64,000 nucleotides of DNA from Tagaea sp. Lineage in GTDB: Bacteria; Pseudomonadota; Alphaproteobacteria; CACIAM-22H2. This document shows positions 54,132-64,000 of the stretch, in pieces; position 1 is the stretch's first letter, and each line of letters opens with the position of its first letter. Below the pieces are notes generated by a model. The model made no database searches and had not been told where the DNA came from. It saw only the letters and a list, made by a program, of their open reading frames with translations. Where the stretch lies: NCBI GenBank assembly GCA_965279525.1, contig CBDIIB010000005.1:1805080-1869079 (forward strand), in the 5' to 3' direction. Both the position numbers and the translations under genes were made by a program.

Positions 54132-55331
54132 ATGCTGACCGACCGCGATATCGAAGAGCTGCGCCGCGATACGCCCGGCACGCAGACCGTCGTCCATTTC
54201 AACCACTCGGGCGCCTCGCTGATGCCGCGCCAGGTGACCGAGGCGATCGGGTTCCAGCTTGCGCAGGAAGCACGGCTGGGGCCGCACGAGGCGGCCGTTC
54301 CTGTTGCCGACCGGCTCGAGAAGATGCGCGCTGATGCCGCTCACCTGCTCGATGCCGATGTGTCGGAGATCGCGATCATGGGCAGCGGCTCGTCCGGTTG
54401 GGGACTGGCGTTCGCCGCCCTGCGGCCGTTCGCGCCGGGTGACCGGATCTTCGTCGGCCGCCAGGAATGGGGCAGCAATCTCGCGACGATGCATCTGATG
54501 GCCGAGCGCACCGGGGCCCGGATCGAGACGATCCCGTGCCATGCCGACGGAAGCGTGGATGCGGCAGCACTCGACCGAATGGTCGACGCGCGCGTCCGGC
54601 TGATCAGCCTCACATGGCTGCCGGCCAATGGCGGCCTCGTCAACGACGCCGCGGCGGTCGGCAAGGTGGCGAACCGGCACGCCATTCCCTATTTCGTCGA
54701 TGCGGGCCAGGCCCTGGGGCAGATCCCGGTGTCGGTCCGCGACATCGGCTGCGACGTGCTGAAGGGGGCGGCGCGCAAGTTCCTGCGCGGTCCGCGCGGC
54801 ACGGCACTCCTTTATGTCCGCCGGTCGATGCTGTCCAAGATGCGGCAGTCGTACTTCGACGTGCTGTCGGCGCCGTGGTCCGGCGGCGAGCCGACGGTCC
54901 GCGAGGGCACCCGCCGGTTCGAATCGGCGGAATCGTCGATCGCACTCTGGCTCGGTCTTGGCGAGGCACTGGCGCTCGCACGCTCGATCGGCGTCGATGC
55001 GATCCGTGCCCGCATCGAACCGATGGCGATCGAACTGCGCCGGCGGCTGGGAAAGATTCCGGGTGTCGAGCTTTGCGACCTGGGCGACGGGCCGCGCTCG
55101 GGTCTCGTGTCGTTCAATATCCGCGGCATGAACGAGCAGGTCGTGCGCCAGCGGCTGACGGCGGAATCCGGCATCAATGTCGGGGCCAACGGGGTGCCCT
55201 ACACGCCGCTCGACATGACCGCGCGCGGGCTATCGGGAATCGTCCGCGCGTCGGTTAGCTATCTCAATACCGAGCGGGAAATGGACATCCTGACGGCGGC
55301 CGTCGCGAAGCTCGCCGCGTCGGCTTCCTAG
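54132..55331 (+). CDS. Class V PLP-dependent enzyme (EgtE-like C-S lyase type)
   Basis: HFNHSGAS, DAGQALG, ARKFLRGPRG (PLP Lys), RASVSY. Confidence 0.85.
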   Translation: MLTDRDIEELRRDTPGTQTVVHFNHSGASLMPRQVTEAIGFQLAQEARLGPHEAAVPVADRLEKMRADAAHLLDADVSEIAIMGSGSSGWGLAFAALRPFAPGDRIFVGRQEWGSNLATMHLMAERTGARIETIPCHADGSVDAAALDRMVDARVRLISLTWLPANGGLVNDAAAVGKVANRHAIPYFVDAGQALGQIPVSVRDIGCDVLKGAARKFLRGPRGTALLYVRRSMLSKMRQSYFDVLSAPWSGGEPTVREGTRRFESAESSIALWLGLGEALALARSIGVDAIRARIEPMAIELRRRLGKIPGVELCDLGDGPRSGLVSFNIRGMNEQVVRQRLTAESGINVGANGVPYTPLDMTARGLSGIVRASVSYLNTEREMDILTAAVAKLAASAS

Positions 55332-56086
55332 GCCGGCTCGATCGTGTCGCCGACGGCCATGGCACCGTCGACGAGCACTTCGGCATAGACGCCGCAATCG
55401 ATGTGGCGGAACCCGTCCTGCAGCAGGCGGGGGATGTTCATGTCGCGCGTCGCGGTCGCGGGGTTGACGGTCGTCGCCGCACAGCGGTCGATGCGCTTCA
55501 GCACTTTGAGGCGCGTCGTGCCGACCACGAGCTCGCGGTCGATCCAGTCGAACTCTTCCCACGCCCGGCCGCCGGAAAAATAGAGATTGGCGCGAAAGCG
55601 GATCGGGTCGACGGGGGCGCGCGCCACGCGCTCGATGTCGGCGATGCTGCCAAGCCCGATGATCGACACGACCTTGCGCGCCGTATCCGAGAACATGTGG
55701 CCCGGGGCCTCGACCAGCTTCGGGTTGCCGCGCGTCTCGCCCGCCATGTAGGCCGCGAAAAACTGCTCGACGAGCATGCGGCCGGTTGCCGCACCGATGT
55801 CGGCGCGCACGACCTGCTTGCCGTCGCGCTCGATCGCCAGCATGCCGGTGGCGCCGTCGTAGTGCGCGCGCAGGCGGGCCAGCCGCTCGTTCTTCGCCAG
55901 CATCAGGAAGTTGTGCTTGGGCATCCAGGCGGGTGCCGAAATGTCGAATCCGCTGGCACCATGGGCAAGCGCGAAGCGGCGGTCGTCAGGCAGCCCTTCG
56001 CCGGCCGTGACGGACACGCGGGTCAGCGTTTCGGCGTTCAGTCCCTTGACGGGATAGCGGCACAGCCGGGCGATCTCGAGCGTCAT
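55328..56086 (-). CDS. MOSC domain protein
   Basis: RYPVKG, DRRFA, RFRAN, RCAAT. Confidence 0.9.
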   Translation of the reverse strand: MTLEIARLCRYPVKGLNAETLTRVSVTAGEGLPDDRRFALAHGASGFDISAPAWMPKHNFLMLAKNERLARLRAHYDGATGMLAIERDGKQVVRADIGAATGRMLVEQFFAAYMAGETRGNPKLVEAPGHMFSDTARKVVSIIGLGSIADIERVARAPVDPIRFRANLYFSGGRAWEEFDWIDRELVVGTTRLKVLKRIDRCAATTVNPATATRDMNIPRLLQDGFRHIDCGVYAEVLVDGAMAVGDTIEPA

Positions 56087-56128
56087 GGCCGACAACGTAC
56101 CCGGCTATGCCGGATCGGCAAAGGGGGG

Positions 56129-56157
56129 CTTGCGAGCCCCGGAATGCATGTCCATAT
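56129..56157 (+). promoter_or_regulatory. Putative RpoH (sigma32) promoter of clpB
   Basis: CTTG at 56129-56132 and CCATAT at 56152-56157, upstream of a heat-shock gene. Confidence 0.5.
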
Positions 56158-56241
56158 CGATCGTAGGGATGCCGCACGAAGCGGGTCCCGGCTTGCCTGT
56201 CCGCCCGCTCTCCGGGGGACGCCTGGAAGGACGCCCAGACC

Positions 56242-58866
56242 ATGGATCTCAACAAATACACCGAACGCGCCAAGGGCTTCCTGCTCAACGCACAGACCCT
56301 TGCCCAGCGCAGCGGCCACCAGCGCCTGACGCCCGAACATCTTCTGAAGACGCTGCTCGACGATCCCGAAGGGCTCGCGGCGGGTCTCATCCGTGCTGCC
56401 GGCGGCGACTCCGCGCGCGCGACCAAGGAAGTGGACGCCGCCCTCGCCAAACAGCCCAAGGTCGAAGGCAGCGGGGCGGGCCAGATCTACATGGCTCCGG
56501 AAACCGGCAAGGTGTTCGAGACCGCCGAGGAGATCGCCAAGAAGGCCGGCGACAGCTTCGTGACGGTCGAGCGCCTGCTGCTCGCCCTTGCCCTCCAGAA
56601 GGGCAGCGGTGCCGCCGACGTGCTGGCCAAGGCCGGCGCGAAGCCCGAGGCGATCAATCGCGCCATCGAGGAGATCCGCAAGGGCCGCAAGGCCGATTCC
56701 GCTTCGGCCGAAGACCAGTACGACGCGCTCAAGAAATATTCGCGCGACCTCACGCAGGCCGCGCGCGACGGCAAGCTCGATCCGGTCATCGGCCGCGACG
56801 AGGAAATCCGCCGCACGATCCAGGTCCTTGCCCGCCGCACGAAGAACAATCCCGTGCTGATCGGCGAACCCGGTGTGGGCAAGACCGCGATCGTCGAAGG
56901 GCTCGCCCAGCGCATCGTCAATGGCGACGTGCCGGAATCGCTGAAGGACAAGCGCCTGCTGTCGCTCGATCTGGGCGCCATGATCGCGGGTGCCAAGTAT
57001 CGCGGCGAATTCGAGGAGCGCCTGAAGGGCGTGCTGCAGGAGATAAACGCGGCCGCCGGCGAGATCGTGCTGTTCATCGACGAGCTGCACACGCTTGTCG
57101 GGGCCGGCAAGGCCGACGGGGCGATGGACGCCTCCAACATGCTGAAGCCCGCACTTGCGCGCGGCGATCTGCATTGCGTGGGCGCCACCACGCTCGATGA
57201 ATACCGCAAGCACATCGAGAAGGACGCCGCACTCGCGCGCCGCTTCCAGCCCGTGTTCGTGTCCGAGCCGTCGGTCGAGGACGCGATCTCGATCCTGCGC
57301 GGCCTCAAGGAGAAGTACGAACTCCATCACGGCGTGCGCATCACGGATGCGGCCATCGTCGCCGCCGCGACCCTGTCGAATCGCTATATTTCCGAGCGTT
57401 TCCTGCCCGACAAGGCGATCGACCTCGTCGACGAGGCGGCCAGCCGCATGCGCATGGCGGTCGATTCCAAGCCCGAGGCGATCGACGAGCTCGACCGGCG
57501 CATCATGCAGCTCAAGATCGAGCGCGAGGCGCTGAAGCGCGAGACCGATGCCGCGTCGAAAGACAGGCTGGAGCGGCTCGACGAGGAACTTGCCGGGCTC
57601 GAGGCGAAGTCGGGCGATCTCACGCGCCAGTGGCGCTCGGAGAAGGAGAGCCTGCAGGGCGGCCAGCGCATCAAGGAACAGCTCGACCAGGCGCGCGCCG
57701 ATTTCGAGGCGGCCCAGCGCAAGGGCGACCTCGCGCGCGCCTCCGAACTCAAATACGCAACGATTCCGGCGCTCGAAAAACAGCTTGCCGCGGGAACCGG
57801 CGGCGGTACCAACCGCCTCATCAACGAGGAGGTGACCGACGCCGACATCGCGGCCGTCGTGTCGCGCTGGACGGGCGTGCCGGTCGACAAGATGCTGTCG
57901 GGCGAGCGCGAGAAGCTGCTGGCGATGGAAACGTCATTGCAGGCGCGGGTTGTCGGCCAGGACGAAGCCGTCGTGGCCGTTTCCGAGGCCGTTCGACGCG
58001 CGCGCGCAGGCCTCCAGGATCCCAACCGGCCGATCGGTTCGTTCCTGTTCCTGGGCCCCACGGGTGTCGGCAAGACGGAACTGACGAAGGCGCTGGCCTC
58101 GTTCCTGTTCAACGACGATCAGGCTTTACTGCGCATCGACATGTCGGAGTACATGGAGAAGCACGCGGTCTCGCGCCTGATCGGCGCCCCGCCGGGCTAT
58201 GTCGGCTACGACGAGGGCGGTGCGCTGACCGAGGCGGTGCGCCGGCGTCCCTATCAGGTGATCCTGTTCGACGAGGTCGAGAAGGCGCATCCGGACGTGT
58301 TCAATGTCCTGTTGCAGGTGCTCGACGACGGCAGGCTCACCGACGGGCAGGGCCGGACGGTCGATTTCAAGAACGCGCTGATCGTTCTCACGAGCAATCT
58401 GGGCAGCGACCTGATCGCGGCCCAGAAGGATGGCGAGGATGTCGAGAACGTGCGCGCCGGCGTGATGGAGGTCGTGCGCGCGGCGTTCCGGCCGGAGTTC
58501 CTCAACCGTCTCGACGACATCCTGCTGTTCCGCCGCTTGAGCCGCGCGAACATGAAGGGCGTGGTCGCGATCCAGCTCAAGCATCTCGAGAAACTGCTGG
58601 CCGATCGCAAGATCGCCATCGAGCTTGACGATGCCGCGCGCGATTGGCTCGCCGATGCGGGCTACGATCCGCTCTATGGGGCGCGTCCGCTCAAGCGGAT
58701 CATCCAGCGCGAGCTGCAGAACCGCCTGGCGACGCAGATCCTGTCGGGAATGGTCAAAGACGGCGACACGGTCCGCGTATCGGTCGAGAAAAACGAGCTC
58801 GCGATTGCGGTAGCGGGTGCTCCTGCGACCGCCGACCACAAGCAGAAGCGTAGGGGGGCGGCCTGA
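56242..58866 (+). CDS. clpB: Chaperone ClpB
   Basis: Two AAA+ modules ([16 protein letters not shown]) and a coiled-coil middle domain. Confidence 0.98.
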   Translation: MDLNKYTERAKGFLLNAQTLAQRSGHQRLTPEHLLKTLLDDPEGLAAGLIRAAGGDSARATKEVDAALAKQPKVEGSGAGQIYMAPETGKVFETAEEIAKKAGDSFVTVERLLLALALQKGSGAADVLAKAGAKPEAINRAIEEIRKGRKADSASAEDQYDALKKYSRDLTQAARDGKLDPVIGRDEEIRRTIQVLARRTKNNPVLIGEPGVGKTAIVEGLAQRIVNGDVPESLKDKRLLSLDLGAMIAGAKYRGEFEERLKGVLQEINAAAGEIVLFIDELHTLVGAGKADGAMDASNMLKPALARGDLHCVGATTLDEYRKHIEKDAALARRFQPVFVSEPSVEDAISILRGLKEKYELHHGVRITDAAIVAAATLSNRYISERFLPDKAIDLVDEAASRMRMAVDSKPEAIDELDRRIMQLKIEREALKRETDAASKDRLERLDEELAGLEAKSGDLTRQWRSEKESLQGGQRIKEQLDQARADFEAAQRKGDLARASELKYATIPALEKQLAAGTGGGTNRLINEEVTDADIAAVVSRWTGVPVDKMLSGEREKLLAMETSLQARVVGQDEAVVAVSEAVRRARAGLQDPNRPIGSFLFLGPTGVGKTELTKALASFLFNDDQALLRIDMSEYMEKHAVSRLIGAPPGYVGYDEGGALTEAVRRRPYQVILFDEVEKAHPDVFNVLLQVLDDGRLTDGQGRTVDFKNALIVLTSNLGSDLIAAQKDGEDVENVRAGVMEVVRAAFRPEFLNRLDDILLFRRLSRANMKGVVAIQLKHLEKLLADRKIAIELDDAARDWLADAGYDPLYGARPLKRIIQRELQNRLATQILSGMVKDGDTVRVSVEKNELAIAVAGAPATADHKQKRRGAA

Positions 58867-59012
58867 CCCCCTAAAAAGCCATGCAAAATTTGCATGAGCT
58901 ACATGCGAGGGCCCCTTTTAGCGACGAAAGCTGTCCGGATTAGTTTCAAAACTATTTCGGATCAGTGACTTAACTTAGATATCCACCGTCAAAAAGGACC
59001 GCGTTTTATTGT

Positions 59013-59041
59013 TTGACTTGGGGGGGGCAAACCCCTAGAAA
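59013..59041 (+). promoter_or_regulatory. rRNA operon promoter
   Basis: TTGACT-17 nt-TAGAAA with AT-rich upstream DNA; boxA-like GCTCTTTGAAA at 59106. Confidence 0.7.
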
Positions 59042-59331
59042 CCCGGTCCCACGCCACGAGGACACGGCGGGCGCCGAAAGGCACTCCCGGGAACGAAATG
59101 GCCGCGCTCTTTGAAAAGTGAATACGGAATGGAAGGGATGCGCAGGCGGCGGCTTGGGCTTAAAGTCCAACTCGCTCGCTTTGGCGCATCTTTCTAAACG
59201 ACAGATACGATGTCGTGACTTCGGTCACTTCAACGTGTCAGTCGCGCGTTCAAAGACTAAACGAGCTTGTATAGGACCGTTGATTTGGATCGCAGTCGAG
59301 CGACCTTCGGGTTGCCGCGACGGAACCAAGT

Positions 59332-60830
<1,499 letters not shown>

Positions 60831-61026
60831 GTGCGAACTTTCGAAGACCCTCACGTCTTCAAGATCGCCGTTCCTTGGTTTCGGCAATCGGGTGCAATTC
60901 CCGAAAGCCAACCGGCCCGACCGGGCGATCGATCGATCGCCAGGCGACATCCGGGAGAACTTCGGTTCTCGAACCTCGCCGCCGCCGGCGCATCCCTTCC
61001 CTTAGATCCGCAAAAGACGAGCAGTC

Positions 61027-61103
61027 GGGCTCGTAGCTCAGTTGGTTAGAGCGCGCGCTTGATAAGCGTGAGGTCGGAAGTTCAAATCTTCCCGGGCCCA
61101 CCA
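61027..61103 (+). tRNA. tRNA-Ile(GAT)
   Basis: Cloverleaf, TTGATAA anticodon loop, CCA end. Confidence 0.97.
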
Positions 61104-61144
61104 TTTTCGCCCGCCCACGTTTTCTCGCGCCGGCCCATCCAATC

Positions 61145-61219
61145 GGGGGCGTAGCTCAGTGGGAGAGCACCTGCTTTGCAAGCAGGGGGTCGTCGGTTCA
61201 ATCCCGTCCGCCTCCACCA
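61145..61219 (+). tRNA. tRNA-Ala(TGC)
   Basis: Cloverleaf, TTTGCAA loop, G3:U70 pair, CCA end. Confidence 0.97.
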
Positions 61220-61644
61220 TCTCTACGGTGTCGAGTGCGTCGGGCCTTGAGGCCACGCGGATCTAAAGGAAGTTTCCGTATCCGGGGCAACCTGGTGATG
61301 GAGCAAACGCGACGGACTTGTCCGTCGAAAGTGCTCCTGTGCTGTTTGACATGGTGAAGAGGAAGATATGTTGATGCGTTCGTACGAACGCCTCCGCAAA
61401 CAATTCGAGGAGTTCCCAAACTCCGAAGGATTGGGAGGTGCGTCGGGACGAACGAGTTAGCGTGTCTGATCGAGAATTCGAGCGCGCATTGCTCGGGTTT
61501 CCGGATTTTGCGATCCGGGGATTTCGACTCTGCGCGCGATACTGAGCGCCCCAGGCGAGTTGCCTAGACGGACCTGGGGTTGACGACGACACTGACTCTG
61601 ACCGGTCTTTCGCAAGAAAGCCGGACAGCGTCCGACAAGACGAA

Positions 61645-64000
<2,356 letters not shown>

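Overview
High-GC alphaproteobacterial chromosome segment; the gene order and content suggest Rhodospirillales, but the lineage cannot be fixed without a search. The standout is 744-13188, an ~12.4 kb module in host-like codon style with open ORFs. It consists of a LexA/CI-type S24 repressor divergent from a podovirus (T7-order) virion-assembly operon: papain-like enzyme, small virion protein, portal, scaffold, major capsid, 89-aa protein, tail tubular A and B, one internal-virion protein, tail fibre, large terminase, membrane protein and 3TM-type holin. No integrase, replication genes, phage RNA polymerase, small terminase, endolysin or large ejection proteins are visible. This profile fits a domesticated podophage-type gene transfer agent (GTA) candidate better than an active prophage. 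The rest of the window holds a diheme peroxidase-cupredoxin-chemoreceptor operon, core genes (pyrD, scpA, secA, argJ, ubiG, lysC, ptsP, rodZ, ispG, prfA, prmC, clpB), TipF-like and giant TipN/GPR-like polarity proteins, a small insertion bounded by a duplicated gene 3' end, a glutamyl-tRNA reductase, a frameshifted ybaL-like antiporter, and an rRNA operon (16S, tRNA-Ile, tRNA-Ala, partial 23S). All family assignments come from motif recognition and gene order by eye; no searches were run.
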